From Podarcis liolepis (lineage: Eukaryota), in NCBI GenBank assembly GCA_965112155.1, contig OZ218098.1: a stretch of DNA of 64,000 nucleotides; one strand, given 5' to 3'. The notes below the pieces were generated by a model. That model did not search any database. It was not told where the DNA came from and worked only from the letters and a program-made list of their open reading frames with translations. Positions 53,487 to 64,000 of the stretch are shown here, in pieces. The stretch's first letter is position 1. Each line of letters begins with the position of its first letter. Position numbers and translations under genes: made by a program.

Positions 53487-54553
53487 CTTTTCAGCATGTA
53501 CATGCAAAAGGAAAATGAAATATTCATGTTAAAGGCTATTCCCCTGCTAAAAGACATTGGGTGGGGGGTGTTACTATTTTTACTATTTATTAACCTGGAA
53601 AACGTTAACACATAAATTATAGAATAACAAAACAATCTAGCAGGAGAAATTCTCAACGCCCCAAATAACAGTACACTAGGTTCGAGACAACGTCACGCAT
53701 CTTGTTTTTAAGGTGTACATTAATATATTAAGCAGATACCTCATGTAATAAATGAATAAGGCCAATGTTTATTACACACATAGACGGAGCTGCAATTAGA
53801 TGCAGCTTCCTGGAGATTTGGTGGCAGGTTCAGGTTTGACCCTCTGTGATTTGTAAAACGGTTGTAAGCTTCTCAAGAGTCCAGGCAATAATGTCATAAA
53901 CCACAGGAGAAACTTCCATGGAATTTGCTGATAGGCCATTTGCAATTATTTGGTAATTATGACAAAGCTCTGCCAGTTGCAGAGATCTTCTCTGTGACTG
54001 TGCCTTATCAATCACTCCTTAAGTGATGATGGTAAGCCCATGTACACTTATTGAAGCTATGTATACCAAGGTGACCTGCAAACCCAAGGAGCCTCCTAAT
54101 GCAGAGGTGGGGAACCTCAGGCCTGGGGACCAGATGTGGTCCTCTAGGCCTCTCTGTCTGGCTCTTGGGGGGAAACCCACAGCCAGATATGCACCACTAC
54201 CTCAGACACTGTGCTAGGGCTTGCATGGTGTCAGAAACTATGTCGCTATCAGGCCTTCCTAATTAATTTACAAACTAACATGAAATATCAACCCACCCTG
54301 ATGAGGAACACTAGGGTAACGGCAAGTGATTATAAGCAGGCTTCTAAGGTATATTAGACTGAGGTATCAGCCTGTCAGTGAATAACTGGGGATGAAGTAT
54401 TTTTAATTGCTTCACAGCTTCCTCTAAATCACATAACAATTAAAGCTGTGGCTACAGACCCATCATCTGAGACAGTGTAACAGTTTTTATGTTGTTACAT
54501 GGTTGCAACTTTTAGTAAGGAACTACCGGGTATGTACTGTATTAATAACTCAC

Positions 54554-54614
54554 CCGTTACAGCTACTGCATGTCTGAGCCCAGCAGCAACATTCACTACT
54601 TTGTCCTGTATAGT
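54554..54614 (-). CDS. SERGEF: SERGEF exon 5 (TIQDKVVNVAAGLRHAVAVT)
   Basis: TAG acceptor after a pyrimidine tract, G|GTGAG donor, 61 nt. AAGLRHA motif. Confidence 0.93.
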
Positions 54615-54855
54615 CTATCAGACAAGGAAGAAAAAACCTATTTACATTCTCTTTGACAACTCTACAATACAGAACAATATTTTTTAGCCATGCTATTGAA
54701 ATTTTCAGAAGCCATTAATGAACGTGTAGTCCAGCATGCATGATACAAAGGAAACATCAAAAGCTGTTGATCCACAGTGAAGTGGCATATGGAAGGAATC
54801 ATCATACAACTGGACATAATGGTGAATTTAAATGTTTGTGCTGATAGCACCTCAC

Positions 54856-54950
54856 CTTAATTTTCTGTGGGACAGCATTTCCTCCTGAGGCATCAGGAAC
54901 TCCAAGTTGCCCAAAAGAATGAGACCCACAAGATAACACCTGACCATTTC
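54856..54950 (-). CDS. SERGEF: SERGEF exon 4 (GNGQVLSCGSHSFGQLGVPDASGGNAVPQKIK)
   Basis: TGCAG acceptor, AAG|GTGAG donor, 95 nt. Confidence 0.95.
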
Positions 54951-55426
54951 CTGCAAGATAGAACAGCACTGGAAATCTTCACATTTCTATTGTTTACCTC
55001 AAGGAGATACCTAGGGCACTGGAGTCCATTTCCCCACTAGTAAGAAACAGGTTCATTTTTATTAAAAGTCACATCTACGCCTCATTGATGGCGATGGAAT
55101 AAGACTACTACTAACTTAAGACCCATTCACTTCCAAACTTCACTGGATCTAATCTTTGCTACACAGTAACCTTTGAAACTAAGGCCATGGGGCAAGTGCA
55201 AGGTCAAGGCTAACTGTCTTGGCTAACAGCTCCTTTTCTTAACCATTATGCTACAGCAGCACTCGACTGAATGCACAGTCTTCCATTTCCAAAAAGTCAA
55301 CAATTTATAGCCTTGTGATTTTACATATAGCTCACTGTAAAGCTTTTGAACAGTTATGGAGACCCGGATAAAGCTTGGAGCTTTCACATCATGTAACACT
55401 TGTTTCCGCCTAGTTGCTAGATTTAC

Positions 55427-55582
55427 CTGTAAGTATGATGGTAAAATCCCAGCCACAGGCAACTTGTACAACAGGACAACCAGACAGAGAAAGGCATAAT
55501 GTAAAATGTTCCACATCTTCAGTATGACCAAGTCCCAACTGCCCATCTTTATTTTGGCCACATAAAAAGAGTTCTCCAGTGT
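55427..55582 (-). CDS. SERGEF: SERGEF exon 3 (DTGELFLCGQNKDGQLGLGHTEDVEHFTLCLSLSGCPVVQVACGWDFTIILT)
   Basis: RCC1 repeat. TTTTGCAG acceptor, G|GTAAAT donor, 156 nt, phase 1-1. Confidence 0.97.
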
Positions 55583-56423
55583 CTGCAAAATGAACAAATA
55601 CTATCAGGAACATATGCAAAATAAAAACATATGCATATTTTGACCCAATATTCACTGGCACTTTAAGACCCAATAATTGTTATTTGTCCAGAAAACTCGA
55701 GGGAGTGTTCATACTAACAATGCACAGTCCTCTCTTTCTCATTTAAAGAACTGTACTCCAGAAATGACTGAAGCACTAGGCTAGTGATGGGGAACCTGTG
55801 ATGCTCCAGATGTTGTCGGGCTCCAAGTCACACCATCCGTTCACATGGCGAATGGAGCTTATAGGAGTCCAACAGCATCTGGAGGGGCACAGGTCCCTCA
55901 TCCCGACACTAGGCAGTCCAAAGATAAAATGAATCACATTGGGAAACAACACTGAACGCTACAGTTACGTCTCCAAGGCTTCAACTGGGGCCTTTCACTT
56001 TACAACTTAAACAGCACAGGCTCCGTGCTGAACAGCTAGGAGACCATCACAGATGCAGCCCCAGCACATGCAAAATGTGGAGGACTGTACGTGCTGCATG
56101 GGCACATCTGATCCCAAAATAAGTCTCATGCAGATTTGTCCTAAATTAGCTCATTACCATTATTTGAGTCACTGAGTAGCTCATCAGCACCCTCCACACA
56201 CACGCACACAAAAGAAATGATGAAGAACAGCAAAGCAGCAAAAATCCAAAAACCTTATCCACCATTTGATGACACAAAGAGCATTTCATCACCTCATTTT
56301 AAAGAAAGATGGAAAGAGAAATTTAAGCAACCATGAAGTCGTATATGGGTAGCAACAAGAGAGTTAAAAAATTAAGTCTTGCAAATATGCTATGGGCAGG
56401 AAACAGAAATGCCAGTTTCTTAC

Positions 56424-56562
56424 CAGTAACAATTACAGAATGTCCTCCTCCTCCAGTAATACTTGTGATGTTCTTCTGACTGCAGGGCAATTCTTTAAGG
56501 GCCTGGGGCAGGAGTACATCTTCTTTATGACCAAGACCCAGTTGTCCATAGCTGTTTGCTCC
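56424..56562 (-). CDS. SERGEF: SERGEF exon 2 (GANSYGQLGLGHKEDVLLPQALKELPCSQKNITSITGGGGHSVIVT)
   Basis: RCC1 repeat signature. TAG acceptor, G|GTAAG donor, 139 nt. Not in the ORF track. Confidence 0.96.
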
Positions 56563-56975
56563 CTAAGGACATAAGAAAAGCCCTGCTGAGTCAGAACAAA
56601 GGCCTATCTAGCCCAGCATCCTCTTCTCACAGGGGCCAACCAGTTTCGTATAGGAAGCCCAGAAGCAGGACCTGAGGACAGCAGCAGTCTCCACACTCCT
56701 GATTCCCAGCAATTGGTATGGAAGCATCCTGTCCCCGACAGTAGAGGTAGAGCATAGCCATGATGGCATGATAGCTTTGTCCAAACATCTTTTAAAGCCA
56801 TCCAGGTTGGTGATCATTGCTACAACCTGTGGGGATGAATTCCATATGTACTGCATGATAAAATACTTCATTTTGTCTGTCCTGAATCTTCTAACATTCA
56901 GCTTCATTAGATGGCCTCGAGTTCTAGTATGAGAGAAGGAGGAAAAATCTCCCTATCTACTCTCTCCACATCATG
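56563..56975 (-). mobile_element. Old CR1 LINE 3' end abutting SERGEF exon 2
   Basis: MKLNVRRFRTDKMKYF...WNSSPQ.VA....LDGFKRCLDK is the CR1 ORF2 end. The 3' UTR ends GATGCTGGGCTAGATAGGCC...CTGACTCAGCAGGGCTTTTCTTATGTCCTTA. Confidence 0.85.
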
Positions 56976-58973
56976 CAGATTCTGGTCTGCATGTTGTTGC
57001 ATTGAAAGGAAATCCTTAAAGTTTAATGGTATGAGCAGTGGAAGTACTGAGACCCAAACACTCTTTTTATTAAAAAAAATCAATAAGGATGAAAAAGTAA
57101 TTAATTGAAATTATACATGGAAGGAGACTTGCCTGAAGCAATTCTAACTGTTGCACTATCTTGCAAAGGATTTGACATAATCAGCACAAGTGTAGCATCA
57201 GAAAGATTTTTTTTTTTTTTACAGCAGTCCTGTACACTTCTGTCCTTTGCAGCTGAGGATTTTACAGTCTCCTGGACTCAGGAAGTCAATGGTGAAAATC
57301 AGTCTAGACCTTATTGTAACATAAATCTCATTAGAACCACTAGCCTTTGGGCTTTCTCCCCTGGGAGACGAGCTCTATCTTTTAAGATTCTTGCCAATGG
57401 CACTTTTGAATGGCTAAGTATATGTGCATTTCATATTCAACTACCCCCCCCCCCAAGTTGGAAGCATAAAACTGGCAGGCATCTGTTCGATCTGGCTGTT
57501 ACTTGGAAGCAAGTCACATCAATTTCATTGAAAGGTACTTCTGAAAAATAATTTCAGGATCCAATACACATATATTTTACAACATCCATCCATGACTTTT
57601 ACAATGAAATGTCATTATGTGTTATCCAGCAAGACAAATCTTGGCCACCTTGGGGCATTTCCATATGTCATCCTAAGAAGTATTTCTGAAGTCATATAAA
57701 TGCTGCTAATGAGATATAATTTGGAAGTGGGGAAAACATATGCACATCCCAGCCATCTCAGGTTTTGCATATGTCTTCAGGGCCAACTTTTTTTTTTAAA
57801 GCTGATTTAAGCCTGTCTGCAAAGTTTCATATCTGATACAGAAAAACTGTTTAATAAGAACTACAAGTCTTAACAGCTTGCTTTGACATGTGGTTATAAT
57901 CCTGGCTTTTTTTGCACATTGAGAAATATTTATGCTCTCTGAAACAGACTAGCTGCTCAAAGAGTAGAATAGAAAGCATTATATCCTGTAATATTTAGCC
58001 TTATTGGACAGCTGTGGCATGTGTGCAAACATGAAGTTAAAGCTAAGGAGGCAATGCTCAAAACTCTTTACCATTTCAATTCAGTTTCCTCAGCTCCACC
58101 AGAATTATACCTAGGCATGTCACATGCATTACTTATAGTAATGGCATTGGGACAAGACTTTAGGGCATACACCAATTCAGCAGAATGAGGAGGACCCTGA
58201 AACACAAGGCTGGCTAGCCACATTTTTAAGTGATGTAATGCACATTGCCATCTATTTATATTTCATCTGTCTGACAAGATCAAGGTGGCACACGGTCTTC
58301 CCCTTCACTAATTTATTTTAACAGCAACCCTGTAGATTAGGATGTGAAATGGTGGTCAGATCTTATTGGAATACTCGCCTAACAACTACAACAAGTGGGC
58401 AGGGACAGACAGCCGTGCTTAATTATTAAATTGGAGAATTTATCCATAAATCCATCTCGGATGACTTAGAAGCTCCATTCTCCACAATGCATGGATATTA
58501 GCTAGGGTTAGGGGACTCACACCCCCAGAGACATGCTGCTGTTTATACCTCGAAGTTCTAAGGGCAAATAAAAATGGCCTCTACTGTGGCGGATGGACAG
58601 ACACCAAGGCCTAGAAAACATTTTAATCACTCCCCACAAGCCATGGGCAAACGAACCAGGATGGGAGGGCCATGAAAATCAGAAGACACTTCCATCCCTG
58701 GGCAACAGGGAGCAGCATTGGCTTAAACACCTTATGGGGATCCAAGATTCACTTGAGTCATCTGAAAGGTCCTCCTCTCAGCAGGTGTGTCCTTCTTGGT
58801 GCTTGAGGGGTGTCTAAAGTGGATTTAAAACATAAACAAAGTTCCTAGTTCACGCTTGTGAACAATGGGCTCTGCTGTCTTCCCTGCAAGCAGAAGCTTA
58901 TGCCTTTCGAAACAGCGTGACTCAACAACAGGTTTAGCTCTTCCAAGTGAGAGAATCTGGCATGCCATATGCA

Positions 58974-59298
58974 CAGGGCTACATTTAGGTTTGATGAGGC
59001 CCTAAGCTATTGAAGGTAAAGAGGCCCTTTATATGTCCCGTTGTCCTTTGTCAACAACAAATTGTTGCTGTTTGTTGTGTTGAATATATGCTATCTGGTA
59101 ATTTATAGACACAATAGGTATTTAAAACCAGTGATATTTTAGGGAGCAGGCTAGCAGGTGGGGCCCATTACTTACATCATAGGAACCTACACAACACAAA
59201 ACACTGTTGCTGTATGTAGGTTTTATTTTATTGTTTTTAATCTTATATTTTGGAAATGTACATCCAGCTTGTTCAGCTTATACGTAAATGCGGCACTG
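58974..59298. mobile_element. hAT MITE (same family as 17221-17504, opposite orientation) in SERGEF intron 1
   Basis: Ends CAGGGCTACATTTA / TAAATGCGGCACTG, TSD CATATGCA / CATATGCG, shared internal blocks. Confidence 0.85.
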
Positions 59299-59419
59299 CA
59301 TATGCGCCTAAAACGGCAGAGAGCTGAAGCCATGATGGAGCTTCGCTTGTTGGTTTGCTGCCTGTCACCCTGAGTCACAGAGCCTGCTCCTATTTTAGTT
59401 TTATTAAAGTGGGAGGGTG

Positions 59420-59990
59420 GGTACCAAACAGCAAATCCGACTAGCGCCTTGCATATTTCGACGGGTCCTTTCAGAGACGGGGGTTTGCCAATAACATCCG
59501 TCAGGGGCGGTGGAAGCGGAGAGGGAGGCTGGTGCGATGTGTGTGGGGAAACCATGTCAACAGCTCGATTCGGGCTCAGAGCAGCGCCGCCGGAGCCCGT
59601 GAAACTTATTTGCAGAGGACCAACGCATCATCATCCCACCCGACCAGCAGTAAGGAGCAAAGGGCGGCCTCGCTCCGTTCTTCCTACCCCCCCCCCCGCC
59701 CCGCCCGCCCGCCCGCCCGCCCGCCGCATATGCCCGTAGGACGACCGCTTCCGCCCTTTTCCGGGCACCGACGCAGGAACTTACCCAAGCGAACAGCGCC
59801 TGGGTCGGCTCCTCGCGCACGGCGTCCATAACGTCGCAAAAGAGGAGGAGCCACTCCCGGAAGCAGCCATGGATCTCGCCTCAGGCCGCCCGCACTGACA
59901 TCAGATGTGGGCGTGGTCGGCGTTTCCCCGCACCTTTGTAGTCGGGCTCTGATTAGTGGAAGCGGAAATACCGCGCACCTTTTTGGCTTG
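59420..59990 (-). promoter_or_regulatory. CpG island and TATA-less promoter of SERGEF
   Basis: Sharp rise in CpG and GC content around the start codon. ETS-type CCGGAAG (~59857) and tandem GGAAGCGGAAAT (~59958), plus a GC-box array (GGGC)n at 59697-59725. Confidence 0.85.
59785..59829 (-). CDS. SERGEF: SERGEF coding exon 1 (MDAVREEPTQALFAW)
   Basis: ATG in GTTATGG context inside the CpG island. ALFAW followed by donor GTAAGT. Phase 0. Confidence 0.9.
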
Positions 59991-60107
59991 CCCTGCTCTC
60001 TCTGCATCTGCTCAGTGGCTAGCAGTGGGGAGAGTTGTTGGGTTTGGAGTGTTGGGTCTTGCCTGTTATCTACGCCCAGCCTTCCCTGTTCTTACTTGGG
60101 GGGGCGG

Positions 60108-60275
60108 GAATCACAGAATGGTAGAATTGGGAGGGTCCTTCAAGGATCATCTAGCCCAACCCCCTGCAATGAAGGAATCACAACTGAAGAATCCCTGGCA
60201 GATGACCATCCGACCTCTGTTGAAAAAGCTCTCAGGGAAGGAGAGTCCACCACCTTCAGAGGAACTCCCTTCCAC
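60108..60275 (-). mobile_element. Old CR1 3' fragment upstream of the SERGEF promoter
   Basis: GAATCACAGAATGGTAGAATTGG...ATCATCTAGCCCAACCCCCTGCAATG...GGAGAGTCCACCACC. Confidence 0.8.
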
Positions 60276-60331
60276 TAGAGAAGCACTACTGTACTGAAAT
60301 TTGCGTAAAACATGTGCATACAAAAACACAT

Positions 60332-60891
60332 TGTGGGAAATTACAGTCAAATATATCTAGTAAACTTGGGACCGGTTAAAGCATGAAGAGGTAATTTCTG
60401 AACCCAGCAAGCATTAAAATCTAATCAAGGATTCAAATTTCCGAAATAACCAGACTTGACTTTGTGGTGAGATGATGGCTCATTAAGGGAACAAAGGAAG
60501 TGGGTCTGTGCCAGACAGCAAATGAGTGGGGCCCCTCCCTCAAATCACTGATAGTTAAAAAGTCAAAGGCCAGAGTTGAGAGTTGTGTGGTGTGAGCTAG
60601 AAGTTAGAAGCAGGAAGAAAAGCTGCAAGCTGGGAAGTGAGAGAGTCAAAAGTGATGTTTGATTTCTGTTTGAATCCAAGGATGCAGCTATGGGGGAACC
60701 AATGCCCTCTTAGGGTGTTAATGCTGTGAACCCCTCCATCTAGGCTCATGTTGTATATTTGTGTAAATAAACCATATCTCATAAAGACTACACATCTATG
60801 TACCTCATTCTGAAGGAAACACAAACCCTGCGTTAGCTCCTGGCACCCCTGCAATCTCACACTGCTCAGAGATTAGGGTAGTGTTATAACA
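60332..60891 (+). mobile_element. Probable solo LTR between TPH1 and SERGEF
   Basis: TG...CA termini, 4-bp TSD ACAT (60328-60331 / 60892-60895), TATA-like TTAAAAAG (~60555) followed by AATAAA (~60765). Confidence 0.65.
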
Positions 60892-60952
60892 ACATTATCC
60901 CACTCAAAATTTTACTGCCACCCAGCTTCAAGATTTTTCCAGGCCCCAACTA

Positions 60953-60997
60953 ACAAATAACACAAAGCAGTGTGTTGCTTGAAGTTCATTTTTTAAT
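60953..60997 (-). terminator. Candidate distal TPH1 polyadenylation site
   Basis: ATTAAA on minus (60997-60992), followed about 25-40 nt downstream by a GU/U-rich tract (GCTTTGTGTTATTTGTT, 60968-60953). Another AATAAA lies at 61369-61364. Confidence 0.45.
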
Positions 60998-62760
60998 TTG
61001 AAAATAGAAAAAAAATGGGGAGAAATATCATTTAGCTAAGCACTCTGGCTACTTAACAGTTCTAGCACCACAGTAAATTCACTGAAATTACTAACACAGA
61101 TGACAAAGTTTACACATCCTAAAAATTGAATATAAATATTTAAGTATCCTGAAAATATATCTACTCAGATTTTAAGTGAATTCTTGGATCCATCAAGGTC
61201 AATTGCAAAACTACAACCGGCTTCAAAGATGATTTTTTTAATCCAAGTCTTAGAGTTTAAGGTGCAAATACTCATTTAACAGTACAATGTTTTCTCTTGC
61301 ATTACAAACATAACACAGACCCAAAAATGTCTACTAAAAAAGCACAGACATGGCATAATCCAGTTTATTTCGAGAAATGCTACTCTTTGTAGAAGCCCAG
61401 AAAATCTAATCCGTTACTTCCAGTTGTTTCAACTGCAATGATTTTTTTAAGTTTCAGATTTCTAAAAACCAATTTTAAGTTAAGACAAAAGTAAGGTTTA
61501 TCTAAATATGAAGGCATATCCAGTTCAGAAGTAATTCCAATGAGCCTCTGTCTCCTGACATCTTGAGAACAAATTGGAGCAATGAGCAGATTCTTCTGTA
61601 GCAAGTCATTGTCCCTCCCATCGTTCTGCAACTACTCCACCATCTACCCCTTCACATAGTACAAAAACACGGGGCTTTTGAGGTGTAGGTTGGAGCGGGC
61701 TATAGGAAGCATAAGGCCTAAAATACTCTTCAAAGCTGGTTTCTCCTAATTTGTGCTCATTTTGCTATTCATTTTGCTATAAATTCATCACTGTGTAGTC
61801 TCTAGAGCAGGGGTAACTAGCCTGGTGCCCCCCAAATGTTGCTGGATTGCAGCTTCCCTCATCCTTGGCCATTGGCCATGCTGGATGGTGCTCACCGGAG
61901 CCAAATGCGGATATAATGGGATGAAACGACACTTATACAGCTTCCTGCAGGAGATCCCTGTTCTTCAAGTAAAAGTGTATCCAGATGCAAGTATATTGGG
62001 AAACCTAATATGAGAAAGGGCACATGCAGAGCAACTCAAGAAATAAACCCCCCTGTATTCGTTTGGATTTATTCCTACGCAGGTGTGCATCAAATTATAG
62101 TCTTCATCCTTCAACTGAAATAACTATTGAATCCTTCTTGAAACATGATGGCTTGGATACCTGGTTGGAGGCAGGGATGGGGAAGCTGTGGGCCTCCAGG
62201 TGTTGATGGACTCTAGCCCCCATCAGCCCCAGAAGAATAGCCAAGGGTCAGGGATGATGGGAGATGGAGTCATCCCTGGACTGGGTGGCAATAGGTCCTC
62301 ATTAGATCTTGGTTTCTAGTTCTATCCATTCTTCAGTAGCAGCTAGAATTAGCCCTCATTGGACTACATGGAACCACTTGCCTATTTCATTGTAACTATT
62401 CCTATGTCCACAAGTAAGTTGCATCTGCAATCCTTCCAACTTGCTGAGTATGTGGGTGAGCCATAAAAGAGAAAGGGGGATATAGTATGCAAATATTGGT
62501 ATGAATGTTTCTGGGGGGCATGTTTCAAAAACAAAGTATTTCCCTGTGATTCAGCCTTTGGTTTTAGGAAAATGGCACCCTACTTTATTTATTTATTTAT
62601 TTATTCATTCATTCATTCATTCATTCATTCATTTATTGAGTATACCACCCTTCATCCAAAGATCACAGGGCAGTAAAGCACACAAAGAGTATTTCCATGT
62701 CTAAAATGGGACACAATCCATAGGTGCCAAGTGTGGAATGGTTGATGATCACTGAGGAGG

Positions 62761-62935
62761 TTAGATTCCCAGCTGCTTGCCCATCTTGGTCAGGGCATCA
62801 CTGACAATGTCCAGTTCATGGCGTAGCTCATTCACCACAATAGCAATGCTCCTTGTGTCTTTCAGGATCTGAATGCTTTGTGTATATGGGTTGTAATTCA
62901 CTCCAAAGGGGCGCCTGATTGTCTTTGCAAACTCT
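62761..62935 (-). CDS. TPH1: Tryptophan 5-hydroxylase 1, last coding exon ([26 protein letters not shown]...[12 protein letters not shown]), tetramerisation helix
   Basis: Acceptor AACAG|A GAG TTT, TAA stop at 62763-62761. Residues are TPH1-like ([19 protein letters not shown]), and adjacency to SERGEF matches known TPH1 synteny rather than TPH2. Confidence 0.95.
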
Positions 62936-63629
62936 CTGTTCAGATGGAAGAAAAGGGGGAGTAAATTTCCAATGAAAGCCCACTTACACCTTCTCAATGT
63001 AGCTGGCAACCAAGGACCATTCCTTGTATGTGTGTGCTACAATATCTCAAGTACCACTATAACTGGTTCATAAAAACCAAAAAGAGAATTGCATTAACTC
63101 ATCAGAAATGATACTCCAAGGAAAAAGTGCTGTCAGATGTGATGCTGAGAATGGTCAGATCCAGGGACAACAGCTCAGGAAAGAGGAGGGAAACTAGCAA
63201 ATGAACTGGGATAAGATAATGGAACTGCCTGGTCTTAAACCTGCTTCACACAAGCCTCGATGTGACACAACAGCACCATATGCTGTTTTTAAGTTCTTGA
63301 CGTACATCATCTTATAATTCTTATAACAGCATGGAAATGTATTATTTTACTGCAATGTTGGGGACAGGGAGGCAGAGTGGGGTTTGAGAGAGAGTGGCTT
63401 GTTTAAGACCACCTAGCAAGTCTCCACAGAGGTAAAACTTAATTGGGACACTTTCAGATTCATGGCTGAACCTTGGGTCTCTTAGCCACCACACAGAACT
63501 GTTTAGCCAAGCTCTCGACCGCAAAGGGGTAGTGGTGGAGAATAATAACTAAGGTGTGTGAGCCCTCCCCCACAAAGGTGGATAAATAAAGACACCTTTC
63601 AATCTCCCAGGTGTTCTTAGCAAAATTAC

Positions 63630-63763
63630 CTCATCTTTTCTTTTGCATCTTCAAAGCTTTCTGAAATAAAGTAAACTTCTTGGAACGTTGTAATCATGCA
63701 TTCTTGCTTGCAGGTAACACTGGGGTCAAAGGGCTTGACTCTGGCATTTCCAGACAGGGCATG
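63630..63763 (-). CDS. TPH1: Tryptophan 5-hydroxylase 1, penultimate coding exon ([45 protein letters not shown])
   Basis: Matches the aromatic amino acid hydroxylase catalytic C-terminus. Acceptor CAG at 63766-63764, donor AG|GTAATT at 63630/63629. Phase 2 joins the next exon in frame. Confidence 0.96.
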
Positions 63764-64000
63764 CTGGTGGTCAGATGGAACAAAATGACAAAGATTGGGT
63801 TTTGCATATATTTGGGACCTCAAAGGTGTCATGAATTTATGTTCTCAGGAAAATGTTACAGAACTGACAGATATACATGAAAGCAGTGTGTCCTTCAGAG
63901 ACCCTGGTCCTAAGCTGTATAGTACTCTCTAGGGCCTAGACCAAAACCTATCACCTTACAGTGTGTCTGCAAACTGACTGGAAACCTGTGACGAGTGCTT

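Noticed and set aside
62761-63763. Assignment as TPH2, PAH or TH
   Set aside because: Diagnostic residues and the tandem position next to SERGEF fit TPH1.

Overview
Vertebrate genomic DNA, almost certainly a squamate (lizard-like repeats: Sauria/Squam1 and Squam3 SINEs, CR1, Bov-B, L1, L2, Rex1, hAT and Tc1/pogo MITEs). It holds two minus-strand genes in tandem. The first is the last two coding exons and 3' UTR of tryptophan hydroxylase 1 (TPH1, 62761-63763). About 2.9 kb downstream is the CpG-island promoter of SERGEF (DelGEF, an RCC1-repeat protein), followed by coding exons 1-9 (59829 down to 36441). These nine exons have GT-AG junctions and splice into one open frame of 999 nt. I could not find the remaining SERGEF exons, so 1-36440 is read as one large intron. 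Most ORF-track entries are noise or TE remnants. The best observations are: (i) the branch point, pyrimidine tract and AG of SERGEF exon 2 appear to be the 3' tail of a CR1 LINE; (ii) a five-element nested TE cluster at 45.2-47.4 kb, including a Rex1/Babar fragment flanked by a perfect 79-bp direct repeat; (iii) a 1.57-kb CpG-rich hAT element with an internal tandem duplication; (iv) a solo LTR between the TPH1 poly(A) region and the SERGEF promoter; (v) a palindromic CTCF-like site and several PBX/HOX/MEIS motif clusters. I see no wholly new gene system. Family and gene names come from recalled consensus sequences, not from searches.
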